Assembly (NCBI RefSeq): GCF_024639375.1
Contig: NZ_JAHEIM010000003.1
Location: 19,512 to 83,511 of the forward strand
Direction: 5' to 3'
Origin: Rhodoluna sp.
Lineage (GTDB): Bacteria; Actinomycetota; Actinomycetes; Actinomycetales; Microbacteriaceae
Length of the DNA: 64,000 nucleotides
The translations under genes were made by a program, and so were the position numbers. Of this stretch, positions 46,135 through 56,574 are shown piece by piece. The notes beneath the pieces were generated by a model. It did not search any database. It was not told the origin of the DNA and saw nothing but the letters and a program-made list of their open reading frames with translations. Numbering within the stretch: the stretch's first letter is position 1; each line of letters opens with the position of its first letter.

Positions 46135-46281
46135 GCCGCTTCGCGGTCGGGCTTCACAAAAAGCCTTTTGATGAAATCCTCGCAACACACTTGCGATTCA
46201 CTCGCGGCAAGGCCGCGTTTAGCTGCGAAATCTAAGAATCACTTAGGCGCAGAATTACTCAAGAAAGAGCAATCAAAAAAC

Positions 46282-47985
46282 ATGGATGAAATCCAGGAAA
46301 CCACAACTCCAGTGCGCAAGAGCCGCCGAGTTGTAGCAGAAGCAGCAGCTCCAGCGCCAATCTCAGATGACGCAACTGCTGCCAAAAAGACTCCTCGCAC
46401 TCGTGCACCAAAGGCAGAAGCAGCGTCAAGCGAAACTGCAGCGCCAGCAAGCGAAAGCAAATCAAACGACTCAGGTTCAAGCGACTCAGGTTCTAGCGAG
46501 TCGGGCGAACGCTCAGAGCGTTCAGGCAACAACCGCAACCGCAACCGCAATCGCAACCGCAACCGCGATAACTCGCAATCAAACAACTCAGACCGCGATG
46601 GCGACCAGGGTGACAGCGCTCCTCGTGAAAACGCAGCGCGCGACAACTCAACCCGCGACAACGACTCACGCAACGAGCGCGACTTCAACGACGAGCGCCG
46701 CAACGGCAACAGCCGCAACCGCAACCGTGGCCGCGGCGACCGCAACGACCGCTACCGTGACCGCGACCGCCGAGGCGGCCGTGGCGGCAACGGCAACTCG
46801 ATGGACGAAATCGAACCAGAAATTTCTCCGGATGATGTTCTAGTTCCAGTAGCTGGAATCTTGGACGTTCTCGACAACTATGCATTCGTTCGCACCAGCG
46901 GTTACCTGCCTGGTCCAAACGATGTTTACGTTTCACTTGGTCAGGTAAAGAAGTACAACCTGCGCAAGGGTGACGCTGTAGTTGGTGCAATTCGCCAGCC
47001 TCGCGATGGCGAAGGCCAGGGTCGTCAAAAGTTCAACGCAATCGTTCGCATTGACTCAATCAACGGCTTGACCGTTGAGCAGGCTGCAACTCGCGTTGAG
47101 TTTGGCAAGCTAACTCCGCTTTACCCACAGACTCGTTTGCGTCTTGAGACTGAGCCAAACAAACTAAGCACTCGAATCATCGACTTGGTTTCACCAATCG
47201 GTAAGGGTCAGCGTGGATTGATCGTTTCACCACCAAAGGCCGGTAAGACCTTGGTGCTTCAGGCAATTGCAAACTCAATTGCTCAGAACAACCCAGAGGT
47301 TCACCTAATGGTTGTTCTGGTAGACGAGCGCCCTGAAGAAGTTACCGACATGCAGCGCACAGTTAAGGGTGAAGTTATCGCTTCAACCTTCGACCGCCCT
47401 GCTGAAGACCACACCACCGTAGCCGAGTTGGCAATTGAGCGCGCAAAGCGTTTGGTTGAGCTTGGTCACGACGTTGTTGTGTTGCTTGACTCAATTACTC
47501 GTCTTGGCCGCGCTTACAACTTGAGCGCTCCAGCATCTGGCCGAATTCTTTCTGGTGGTGTTGACTCATCAGCGCTTTACCCACCAAAGCGATTCTTCGG
47601 TGCTGCCCGCAACATCGAAGACGGTGGCTCGCTAACCATCTTGGCAACCGCTCTTGTAGAGACCGGTTCAAAGATGGACGAAGTTATCTTCGAAGAGTTC
47701 AAGGGAACCGGAAACATGGAGCTTCGCTTGTCACGTCAGCTGGCTGACAAGCGCATCTTCCCTGCGGTTGACGTAAACGCTTCTGGTACTCGTCGTGAAG
47801 AAATTCTGATGAACCCAGACGAGACCAAAATTGTTTGGAAGCTTCGCCGCGCACTTGCCGGACTTGAGCAGCAGCAGGCTCTCGAGCTTGTGCTTAGCCG
47901 CTTGAAAGAAACTTCAAGCAACGTTGAGTTCTTGATGCAGGTTCAGAAGTCAATGCCAGTTCCAACTGGTTCAGACTCGGAGTAA
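46282..47985 (+). CDS. rho: transcription termination factor Rho with long N-terminal low-complexity (Arg/Asn/Asp/Ser/Gly) insertion
   Basis: C-terminal two thirds are canonical Rho (Walker [18 protein letters not shown] and R loops). The first ~190 aa are a disordered NRNRNR/RDN/RGG region. Start set at ATG 46282 and is uncertain. Confidence 0.92.
   Translation: MDEIQETTTPVRKSRRVVAEAAAPAPISDDATAAKKTPRTRAPKAEAASSETAAPASESKSNDSGSSDSGSSESGERSERSGNNRNRNRNRNRNRDNSQSNNSDRDGDQGDSAPRENAARDNSTRDNDSRNERDFNDERRNGNSRNRNRGRGDRNDRYRDRDRRGGRGGNGNSMDEIEPEISPDDVLVPVAGILDVLDNYAFVRTSGYLPGPNDVYVSLGQVKKYNLRKGDAVVGAIRQPRDGEGQGRQKFNAIVRIDSINGLTVEQAATRVEFGKLTPLYPQTRLRLETEPNKLSTRIIDLVSPIGKGQRGLIVSPPKAGKTLVLQAIANSIAQNNPEVHLMVVLVDERPEEVTDMQRTVKGEVIASTFDRPAEDHTTVAELAIERAKRLVELGHDVVVLLDSITRLGRAYNLSAPASGRILSGGVDSSALYPPKRFFGAARNIEDGGSLTILATALVETGSKMDEVIFEEFKGTGNMELRLSRQLADKRIFPAVDVNASGTRREEILMNPDETKIVWKLRRALAGLEQQQALELVLSRLKETSSNVEFLMQVQKSMPVPTGSDSE
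46468..46497 (+). repeat. 15-nt tandem duplication inside rho (encodes [10 protein letters not shown])
   Basis: gactcaggttcaagc / gactcaggttctagc, one mismatch. Confidence 0.8.
46531..46566 (+). repeat. hexanucleotide microsatellite (AACCGC)x6 with one AATCGC variant, in frame in rho
   Basis: Read directly from the sequence. Encodes [12 protein letters not shown]. Confidence 0.9.
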
Positions 47986-47988
47986 TAA

Positions 47989-49071
47989 TTGCTCGAATCG
48001 GTTCAACCGCTACTTGCTGAATACACCGAACTTCAGGGCAAGCTCTCTGATTCGGAGTTGCACAGCAACCCAGCGCTAGCTAAGAAACTCAACCGCCGCT
48101 ATGCGGAGTTGGGTGCAATTGTTGCTGCTTATAACCAAGTGGTTTCGCTTAACGAAGATCTGAAGGCCGCTAAAGAGTTGGCCAAAGAAGATGAGATGTT
48201 TGCCGAAGAGGCAACCCTCACCGAAGAGCGTTTGGTTGCAGCCAACGAAAAGCTTCGCCGCCTATTGATTCCTCGCGACCCGGATGACGGCCGCGATGTA
48301 ATTATGGAAATCAAGGCCGGTGAAGGTGGCGCTGAATCTGCGCTGTTCGCAGCCGACCTGTTGCGCATGTACATTCAGTACGCCAACTCAAAGGGTTGGA
48401 AGACCGAAATTCTTGACAAGAACGAGTCTGACCTTGGCGGCATTAAAGACATTCAGTTGGCCATCAAAGGTAACTCAACTGACCCAGCACAGGGTGTTCA
48501 CGCTCACTTGAAATATGAAGGTGGTGTGCACCGCGTTCAGCGCGTGCCGGCAACCGAAACTCAAGGTCGCATTCACACATCCGCAGCTGGTGTTTTGGTT
48601 TTTCCAGAAGTTGATGAGCCAGAAGAAGTTGAAATTAGCCAGAACGATTTGCGCATCGACGTTTACCGTTCATCGGGCCCAGGTGGTCAGTCGGTTAACA
48701 CCACCGACTCAGCGGTTCGAATCACTCACTTGCCAACCGGCATCACGGTTGCAATGCAGAATGAAAAGTCACAGCTGCAGAACCGTGAAGCCGCCATGCG
48801 TGTGCTTCGTGCGCGCATCTTGGCTGCCCAGCAAGAGGCAATAGAGGCAGAGCAGTCTGCTGCTCGCAAGTCTCAGGTGAAGTCGGTTGACCGTTCAGAG
48901 CGCATTCGCACTTACAACTTTCCAGAAAACCGAATTGCAGATCACCGCACCGGATACAAGTCATACAACCTTGATGCCGTGATGGATGGCGCGCTTGAGC
49001 CTGTGATTCAGTCGGCAATTGCCATGGATGAAGAAGCTCGTCTAGCCGCAATCGGAAACGAACCAAAGTAA
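47989..49071 (+). CDS. prfA: peptide chain release factor 1
   Basis: PATE tripeptide context ([14 protein letters not shown]) and GGQ motif ([10 protein letters not shown]). TTG start with GGAG inside the last rho codons. Confidence 0.95.
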   Translation: MLESVQPLLAEYTELQGKLSDSELHSNPALAKKLNRRYAELGAIVAAYNQVVSLNEDLKAAKELAKEDEMFAEEATLTEERLVAANEKLRRLLIPRDPDDGRDVIMEIKAGEGGAESALFAADLLRMYIQYANSKGWKTEILDKNESDLGGIKDIQLAIKGNSTDPAQGVHAHLKYEGGVHRVQRVPATETQGRIHTSAAGVLVFPEVDEPEEVEISQNDLRIDVYRSSGPGGQSVNTTDSAVRITHLPTGITVAMQNEKSQLQNREAAMRVLRARILAAQQEAIEAEQSAARKSQVKSVDRSERIRTYNFPENRIADHRTGYKSYNLDAVMDGALEPVIQSAIAMDEEARLAAIGNEPK

Positions 49072-49074
49072 GAA

Positions 49075-49929
49075 ATGCTGCTTCGTGATCTGATTGAGCA
49101 CGCGGCAGCGCGCTTTGAAGCCGCGGGAATTGATTCGGCAGAAGTAGACGCGCAATTGCTTGCGGGTCATGTTCTGGGTCTTAGTCGCGGAGCAATTCAA
49201 GCCGAGGTGATTAGGGGAGCAGAGCTCACCGAAACCCAAACTGACGAACTCAATAATCTTTATGGTCGTCGCCTCGCGCGCGAACCGCTGCAACACATCA
49301 CCGGCAAAGCACATTTTCGCAATCTTGAACTCGAGGTTGGCCGTGGTGTTTTCATTCCGCGACCTGAAACCGAGTTCGTCGCTCAATTGGCGATTGACGC
49401 TATTCGCCAGGTGGCACAACCCGAACCAATCGCGGTTGACCTAGGCGCTGGCTCAGGTGCCATTGCACTTTCGATTGCAACCGAAGTTGTCAACTCAAAA
49501 GTATTTGCGGTTGAAAAATCAGAGCAAGCTTTTGAGTTCACCAGCCGCAACTTTGCAGCCTACAAAGACTGCGGCGCAGCGCTTATCCTGGGTGACCTTG
49601 CTGATGCCTTTAATGAACTCAACGGCACAGTTGCAGTTGTAGTTTCAAACCCGCCATACATTCCAATCGATGCCATTCCACGCGATATCGAGGTGCGTGA
49701 CTTTGACCCAGCTCTGGCGCTTTATGGCGGCGAGGAAGGCATGGACGTTATTCATCACGTCTCGGCAACGGCTAAGCGACTGCTTTACAGCGGTGGTTCG
49801 CTGATTATTGAGCATGCCGACTCCCAAGCCGATCAAGTGGTTCAACTACTATTGGCAGATGGATGGCGTCAAGTTCGTTCGCACCGAGATTTAACGGGCC
49901 GCGATCGTGCAGTCACCGCAATTAAGTAA
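49075..49929 (+). CDS. prmC: release-factor glutamine N5-methyltransferase
   Basis: SAM motif DLGAGSGAI and the NPPY motif. Confidence 0.92.
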   Translation: MLLRDLIEHAAARFEAAGIDSAEVDAQLLAGHVLGLSRGAIQAEVIRGAELTETQTDELNNLYGRRLAREPLQHITGKAHFRNLELEVGRGVFIPRPETEFVAQLAIDAIRQVAQPEPIAVDLGAGSGAIALSIATEVVNSKVFAVEKSEQAFEFTSRNFAAYKDCGAALILGDLADAFNELNGTVAVVVSNPPYIPIDAIPRDIEVRDFDPALALYGGEEGMDVIHHVSATAKRLLYSGGSLIIEHADSQADQVVQLLLADGWRQVRSHRDLTGRDRAVTAIK

Positions 49930-49954
49930 TTAGTTCAGAAAGCGAGGGGCAAAA

Positions 49955-50647
49955 ATGGAGCGCATCTACGATTGCTCAGTCGACACTGATCTGCTTACCG
50001 GCATGCGCCTAGCCAAAGTGGCCGCGGGTCGCGACGAACTTGTGGTGTTGCCAACCGACACCGTTTATGGCATCGGATGCAATGCCTTCAGCCCAAAAGC
50101 AGTAGAGGCGTTGCTCGCCGCGAAGGGTCGCGGTCCTCAGTCGCCACCTCCCGTGCTGATCCCAAACATTGCCACCATGCACGCACTTGCTGAATCGGTG
50201 CCTGTAATCGCTCAAAAACTTGCCGAAACTTTTTGGCCCGGCGCGCTCACCATGATTTTGCGAGCCCAACCTTCGCTGCAGTGGAACCTAGGGGAGTCCA
50301 AGGGAACCGTTGCCCTGCGAATTCCAGACCACAAAATCGCACTGGCCCTGCTTGAAGAAGTAGGCCCAATGGCAGTTTCGAGTGCCAACCTAACCGGCCT
50401 ACCGGCAGCAGCAACTTGCCAGCAAGCCGAGGCTTATTTGGGTGCTTCAGTAAAGGTTTACCTTGATGCCGGCACCAGCCCGAAAGGCGAAGCCTCAACA
50501 ATTCTTGACCTAACCAACATCACCGAAACCTTCGACGAAGAAGGCAACGCAATTTCAACCGGCAGCATCAAGATGGTTCGTCGCGGTGCACTTAGCGCCG
50601 ACCGAATTCGCACCGTAGTTGGCGACCTGTTAGAAGAGGCTGCATAA
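49955..50647 (+). CDS. tsaC: L-threonylcarbamoyladenylate synthase (Sua5/YwlC/TsaC family)
   Basis: LPTDTVYGIGCNAF, plus VLIP and SSANL motifs. Confidence 0.88.
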   Translation: MERIYDCSVDTDLLTGMRLAKVAAGRDELVVLPTDTVYGIGCNAFSPKAVEALLAAKGRGPQSPPPVLIPNIATMHALAESVPVIAQKLAETFWPGALTMILRAQPSLQWNLGESKGTVALRIPDHKIALALLEEVGPMAVSSANLTGLPAAATCQQAEAYLGASVKVYLDAGTSPKGEASTILDLTNITETFDEEGNAISTGSIKMVRRGALSADRIRTVVGDLLEEAA

Positions 50648-50648
50648 A

Positions 50649-51755
50649 GTGCGCGCATATTTGTTGATCATGCTGATTTCCGCAGTGGTTTCATTCATCG
50701 GCACATTTGCAACTCTCAAAATTTCGCACCGCTACAAGCTTTATCCGCAGATTCGCGCCCGCGATGTGCACACCCGCCCAACCCCGCGCCTTGGCGGCAT
50801 CGCCATGTTTGTGGGCTTTGCCGTTGCACTTATTTTCGCCGGTTCCCTCGGATGGTTCCGCAGTGTGTTTAGCGACCCAATTCACATCCTGGCAATTTTG
50901 GCTGCCGCTGCACTCATCACGGTGATTGGCTTTCTCGACGATCTTTATGACTTGGACTGGAGCCTCAAACTTGCCGGCCAGTTCGTTGTCGCAGGAATTC
51001 TGGCCTGGCAAGGCGTGCAAATTGTTTCGCTGCCAATTGGTGGGCTAACCATTGGAAGCTTCGGCATCTCGTTTATCGTCACCGTTTTTCTAACCGTGCT
51101 GGTAATGAACGCCGTGAACTTCATTGATGGCTTGGATGGCCTTGTGGCCGGCGTGGTGTTAATTGGCACCCTGGTGTTCTTCACCTACAGCTACCTACTG
51201 GCCCAGCAGACCTCGCCAAGCAACTACTTCAACCTGGCTTCGCTTATTTCGGCCATCGTGATTGGCATGTGCCTCGGGTTCTTGCCGTTCAACTGGCATC
51301 GCGCCAAAATCTTCATGGGCGACTCAGGGGCAATGTTGCTTGGGCTGCTAATGGCAACCTCGGCGCTCACCGTCACCGGGCAAATTGATCCGCAGCAGGT
51401 AAACCGCGGTGAATTGGTGCCTGCATTCATTCCACTGATTTTGCCGCTCGCAATTTTGGTTTTGCCACTGCTTGATTTTGGCCTAGCGGTGTTCCGTCGC
51501 TTGCGTGCCGGCAAATCTCCGTTTGCCGCCGACCGCCAGCACATTCACCACCGCCTTCAAGACTTTGGCCACTCTCACCTAGGTTCGGTGCTGGTCTTTT
51601 ATATCTGGACCGCCGTGATTTCACTTTCTTGCCTGTTGGTTTTCTTCTTAGAAGCCTGGGCTGTGGCGTTGTTCTTCATTGTTGGCATTGCTGGCGCACT
51701 GCTTTACACCGTTTGGCCAGTTCTCAAGAGGAGAGTAAATGTCGAAAGCAATTAA
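50649..51755 (+). CDS. wecA: glycosyltransferase family 4 (WecA/MraY-like) undecaprenyl-phosphate GlcNAc-1-phosphate transferase
   Basis: Polytopic membrane protein with NAVNFIDGLDGL and the DDLYDL motif. Position before the atp operon matches mycobacterial rfe. Confidence 0.85.
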   Translation: MRAYLLIMLISAVVSFIGTFATLKISHRYKLYPQIRARDVHTRPTPRLGGIAMFVGFAVALIFAGSLGWFRSVFSDPIHILAILAAAALITVIGFLDDLYDLDWSLKLAGQFVVAGILAWQGVQIVSLPIGGLTIGSFGISFIVTVFLTVLVMNAVNFIDGLDGLVAGVVLIGTLVFFTYSYLLAQQTSPSNYFNLASLISAIVIGMCLGFLPFNWHRAKIFMGDSGAMLLGLLMATSALTVTGQIDPQQVNRGELVPAFIPLILPLAILVLPLLDFGLAVFRRLRAGKSPFAADRQHIHHRLQDFGHSHLGSVLVFYIWTAVISLSCLLVFFLEAWAVALFFIVGIAGALLYTVWPVLKRRVNVESN

Positions 51756-52143
51756 CGGCTTGTTTCGTCGCGTGCTGATTCAAGGTTCGCTACTAACCGC
51801 GACCATCGCAATCATCGGCGGCGGCATTGGTTTTGCCGTGGCCGGCCAACCGGGTCTAATCAGCGCACTTATCGGTGCAGCATTGGCCCTAGGTTTCGTC
51901 TCTCTCACCGCGCTCAGCGTGTGGCTCGGTGGCAAATTGCCACTGGGTGGTTTCTTCGGATTAGTGCTCGGCGGCTGGATTGTTAAGTTGGTGGCCTTCA
52001 TCCTGGTGATTGGTGCTCTAAAAGGCGCAGACTTCATCAACGGACCAGTTTTGTTTTTCACTTTGGTGGCTTCAATTTTGGGAACCTTGGCCGTGGATTC
52101 TTTGGCTTTTCTGAAAGCTCGAATTCCTGTGGTTGGCGACTGA
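51739..52143 (+). CDS. small 4-TM membrane protein upstream of atpB (AtpI-like position)
   Basis: Gly/Ala-rich hydrophobic 134-aa ORF with GGAG SD that overlaps the wecA end by 17 nt. The functional call rests on position only. Confidence 0.6.
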   Translation: MSKAINGLFRRVLIQGSLLTATIAIIGGGIGFAVAGQPGLISALIGAALALGFVSLTALSVWLGGKLPLGGFFGLVLGGWIVKLVAFILVIGALKGADFINGPVLFFTLVASILGTLAVDSLAFLKARIPVVGD

Positions 52144-52187
52144 TAAAAAATCGCAAAAAAATTAGCCGATGGCGCTAAAACCGTGAT

Positions 52188-52215
52188 TTGGCGGGGTTCG
52201 TGCTGTTAGGATAAT
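52188..52215 (+). promoter_or_regulatory. candidate sigma-70-type promoter of the atp operon
   Basis: TTGGCG - 16 nt - GATAAT in the 243-bp gap upstream of atpB. Confidence 0.35.
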
Positions 52216-52386
52216 CGCAAGCGTCAGGGAACTTTAGATGCTTAAATCGCACTGTAAATCGCCGCAAGGCTTTAACACCTTGCCCCGAAACAGGAGTACA
52301 CGACGCTGTTTACTACCGCACTGAACCTGCTAAACGTAGCAGCCAGCACCGAGGAGTCGGGCGGTGGCTTCCACGCCCCTTCAATC

Positions 52387-53148
52387 ATGGAGTTCTATCC
52401 AGAGATTTTGGCTTTTGAAGGCACTCCTTTTGCGCTGAACCGAATCATGCTGATTCGTTTGCTAGTGCTCTCACTTCTAGTAGTCGTTTTCTGGCTTTGG
52501 ACTCGCAAGTTCCAGCAGGCCAACAAGACCAAGACTTTCGTTCCTGGCAAATTCCAGCTGATGGGTGAAATTTCACTCAACTTTGTGCGCAAGAGCATTG
52601 CCCACGATCAGCTTGGCGAAAAAGACGGCGACCGCTTCTTGCCGTTGCTAACCACAATCTTCTTTGTAACTTTGGGCATGAACATCACGGGCATTATCCC
52701 GGGATTGAACATCGCTGGTACTTCAGTAATCGGTTTGCCAATCGTGATGGCGCTCGCCGCTTATGTCACCTTCATCTACGCGGGAATCAAGAAGCACGGC
52801 GTTGGCTTCTTCAAGGCGTCACTGTTCCCAGCCGGCGTTCCGCCAGCCTTCTACATCTTGGTGACTCCAATTGAGTTGCTTTCAACTTTCATTCTTCGCC
52901 CGGTTACCCTGGCTCTTCGTTTGACCATGAACATGATTGCTGGCCACTTGTTGCTAGTGCTTTGTTTCTCGGCAACTCAGTTCTTCTTGTTCAACGCCGA
53001 AGGTGCTTTCAAGCTTTTCGGTGCCGGCACATTCGTCTTTGGGTTCGCATTCACACTCTTTGAGTTGTTGGTTGCGTTCTTGCAGGCATACGTTTTTACT
53101 CTGCTGACCACGGTCTACATTCAGTTGGCCCTATCAGACGAGCACTAA
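52387..53148 (+). CDS. atpB: F0F1 ATP synthase subunit a
   Basis: Canonical a-subunit C-terminal helices (LALRLTMNMIAGHLLL with the essential Arg). ATG 52387 is the first canonical start, but the real start is probably upstream (see finding); candidates are CTG 52306 or ACG 52303. Confidence 0.9.
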   Translation: MEFYPEILAFEGTPFALNRIMLIRLLVLSLLVVVFWLWTRKFQQANKTKTFVPGKFQLMGEISLNFVRKSIAHDQLGEKDGDRFLPLLTTIFFVTLGMNITGIIPGLNIAGTSVIGLPIVMALAAYVTFIYAGIKKHGVGFFKASLFPAGVPPAFYILVTPIELLSTFILRPVTLALRLTMNMIAGHLLLVLCFSATQFFLFNAEGAFKLFGAGTFVFGFAFTLFELLVAFLQAYVFTLLTTVYIQLALSDEH

Positions 53149-53172
53149 AGATCTGACAACCGTCAGCTCTAA

Positions 53173-53424
<252 letters not shown>

Positions 53425-53439
53425 TCAGTCAGGATCTAA

Positions 53440-54002
<563 letters not shown>

Positions 54003-54003
<1 letters not shown>

Positions 54004-54806
54004 TGGCCAGTTCAACCAGGCAGTCAATCGTCGCAGCCAAGGCAACGCTAACCCCGTTGCTGGCTACGGCAGATCTTAAGTTCGCAGAAGAGTTGTTTGC
54101 AGTCGGCGCAGCCGTAGCATCTTCAACTCAGTTGCGCAGCATCCTCTCGGACCCTTCCGCCGAGGCTGCCGCAAAGTCAGGTGCTCTTGTTGCCGTATTC
54201 GGCAAGAACCTGTCAAAGACTGCGCTTGAGTTTGTGACTTCACTGGTTGGGCTGCGCTGGTCAACTGGCCAAGACTTGGTTTCAGCATTTGAGCAGCTGG
54301 CTGTATTTGCAGTCTCAGCTATCGCAGCCGAAAACAAGAACCTGGCCAAGGTTGAAAGCGAGCTTTTCGCTTTTCAATCTGCAGTTGATTCAGACCAAGA
54401 ACTTCAGTTTGCGCTGGGCGACCAACTAGCTAGCGAAGAGGCAAAGCTCAAGTTGGTTGAAGCACTAACCAAGGGCAAGGTCACAGCAGAAGCGGCAACA
54501 CTTATTCGTCGCGCCATCACCGGTGCACGTCGTCGTCGCGTTTCAGTAGTTCTTGAACAGTTTGGCAAGCAGGTTTCAGAGTTCGCTCTTCGCCTAGTTG
54601 CCACTGTCACAGTCGCAGCACCAATTAGCGCAAGCCAGTTGCAGCGACTAGAAGCGGTTTTGGCAAAGTCATACGGACAGAGCCTCAAGCTAAACGTTGA
54701 GGTTGATGAAAACATCCTTGGCGGAATCAAAGTGCAGGTTGCCGGCGAGATTCTTGATGGCAGCCTCAGCTCACGTTTAACAGCAGCAAAACTTCAGCTC
54801 GCTTAA
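54003..54806 (+). CDS. atpH: F0F1 ATP synthase subunit delta (long actinobacterial form)
   Basis: Position between b and alpha. OSCP-like C-terminus (LGGIKVQVAGEILDGS). Confidence 0.88.
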
Positions 54807-54852
54807 TTGCAAGCAAAGACAACCGGGTTTACCCAGAAGCAAAGGATAAGAG

Positions 54853-56520
54853 ATGGCAGATCTGAAAATCAGCCCGAACGAGATTCGCGACGCTCTAAAG
54901 GACTTCGTAAAGTCTTATGAGCCAGCCAAGGCGTCACGCGCCGAGGTAGGTCACGTAATCGATGCCGGTGACGGTATTGCTCACGTTGAAGGTCTGCCTA
55001 GTGCAATGGCTAACGAATTGCTTAAGTTCGAAGACGGCACTCTGGGTCTTGCCCTGAACCTCGACGAGCGCGAGATCGGTACCGTTGTTCTTGGAAACTT
55101 CGAAGGCATCGTAGAGGGCATGGAAGTGCACCGCACCGGTGAAGTTCTTTCTGTTCCAGTTGGCGACAACTTCTTGGGTCGCGTTGTTGACCCGCTGGGT
55201 AACGCAATCGATGGTCTAGGCGACATCAAGGCCGAGGGTCGTCGTGCTCTTGAGCTTCAGGCTCCTGGCGTTATGGCTCGTAAGTCAGTTCACGAGCCAC
55301 TTCAGACCGGCATCAAGGCAATCGACGCCATGATTCCAGTTGGTCGTGGCCAGCGTCAGCTAATCATTGGTGACCGTCAGACCGGTAAGACTGCGATTGC
55401 TATCGACGCAATCATCAACCAAAAAGACAACTGGAAATCAGGCGACGTCAAGAAGCAGGTTCGCTGCATCTACGTTGCAATCGGTCAAAAGGGTTCAACT
55501 ATTGCTGCTGTAAAGGGTGCTCTAGAAGAAGCCGGTGCAATGGAGTACACCACCATCGTGGCTTCTCCTGCATCTGACCCAGCAGGTTTCAAGTACCTAG
55601 CTCCTTACACCGGTTCTGCAATTGGTCAGCACTGGATGTATGGCGGCAAGCACGTTCTGATCATCTTCGATGACCTTTCAAAGCAGGCCGAGGCCTACCG
55701 TGCGGTTTCACTTCTTCTACGTCGTCCACCAGGCCGCGAGGCTTACCCAGGTGACGTGTTCTACCTTCACTCACGTTTGCTAGAGCGTTGTGCAAAGTTG
55801 AACGACGAACTTGGCGGCGGCTCAATGACTGGTCTTCCAATCATCGAGACCAAGGCAAACGACGTTTCTGCATACATTCCAACCAACGTGATTTCGATCA
55901 CCGACGGTCAGATCTTCTTGCAGTCAGACTTGTTCAACGCAAACCAGCGCCCTGCGATTGACGTAGGTATCTCGGTTTCTCGTGTTGGTGGTGCGGCTCA
56001 GGTTAAGGGCATCAAGAAGGTCTCAGGAACCCTGAAGCTTGAACTTGCTCAGTACCGCGCACTTGAGGCATTCGCAATGTTCGCTTCGGACCTAGATGCA
56101 GCTTCACGCCAGCAGCTAGCCCGCGGTGCACGTTTGATGGAGCTTCTAAAGCAGCCTCAGTACTCACCATATTCAGTTGAAGACCAGACCGTTTCAGTTT
56201 GGGCTGGTACCACCGGCAAGCTAGACGAGGTTCCGGTTGAAGATGTATTGCGTTTCGAGTCAGAGCTTCTTGACTACTTGCGCCGCAACACCAAGATTCT
56301 GACCACCATTCGCGAAACCAACAACCTTGAAGGCGACACAATTGCCGAGCTAGACAAGGCTGTTGCCAAGTTCAAGAAGAGCTTTGCTACCAAGGGCGGC
56401 GCACCACTAGCTTCAGCTGGCGATGCAACCGTTCTTGACGAAGACGAAGTTGGCCAAGAAAAGATCGTTAAGCAGAAGAAGGCTCCTGCAAAGAAGCCAG
56501 CCGCTGCAAAGAAGAAGTAA
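54853..56520 (+). CDS. atpA: F0F1 ATP synthase subunit alpha with about 40-aa Lys/Ala/Pro-rich C-terminal extension
   Basis: Walker A GDRQTGKT and the canonical alpha body. Tail: ...[23 protein letters not shown]. Confidence 0.95.
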   Translation: MADLKISPNEIRDALKDFVKSYEPAKASRAEVGHVIDAGDGIAHVEGLPSAMANELLKFEDGTLGLALNLDEREIGTVVLGNFEGIVEGMEVHRTGEVLSVPVGDNFLGRVVDPLGNAIDGLGDIKAEGRRALELQAPGVMARKSVHEPLQTGIKAIDAMIPVGRGQRQLIIGDRQTGKTAIAIDAIINQKDNWKSGDVKKQVRCIYVAIGQKGSTIAAVKGALEEAGAMEYTTIVASPASDPAGFKYLAPYTGSAIGQHWMYGGKHVLIIFDDLSKQAEAYRAVSLLLRRPPGREAYPGDVFYLHSRLLERCAKLNDELGGGSMTGLPIIETKANDVSAYIPTNVISITDGQIFLQSDLFNANQRPAIDVGISVSRVGGAAQVKGIKKVSGTLKLELAQYRALEAFAMFASDLDAASRQQLARGARLMELLKQPQYSPYSVEDQTVSVWAGTTGKLDEVPVEDVLRFESELLDYLRRNTKILTTIRETNNLEGDTIAELDKAVAKFKKSFATKGGAPLASAGDATVLDEDEVGQEKIVKQKKAPAKKPAAAKKK

Positions 56521-56574
56521 TTCTTCTAAAAACATCTATTCAAACAACCAGATTTAGAAAGCGAGGAGGGAACC

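Noticed and set aside
46239-46745. 168-aa minus-strand ORF (and the plus-strand 158-aa ORF 46367-46843) inside the rho N-terminal region
   Set aside because: These are mirror or shifted-frame readings of the same low-complexity AAC/CGC-rich DNA. They are pure Arg/Leu/Ser (or Ala/Thr/Gln) strings with no start signals, and the rho frame continues into an unmistakable Rho ATPase.
52238-52324. 28-aa ORF (MLKSHCKSPQGFNTLPRNRSTRRCLLPH) in the atp leader
   Set aside because: It has no SD and a basic junk-like sequence, and it overlaps the region better explained as the atpB SD and N-terminal extension.
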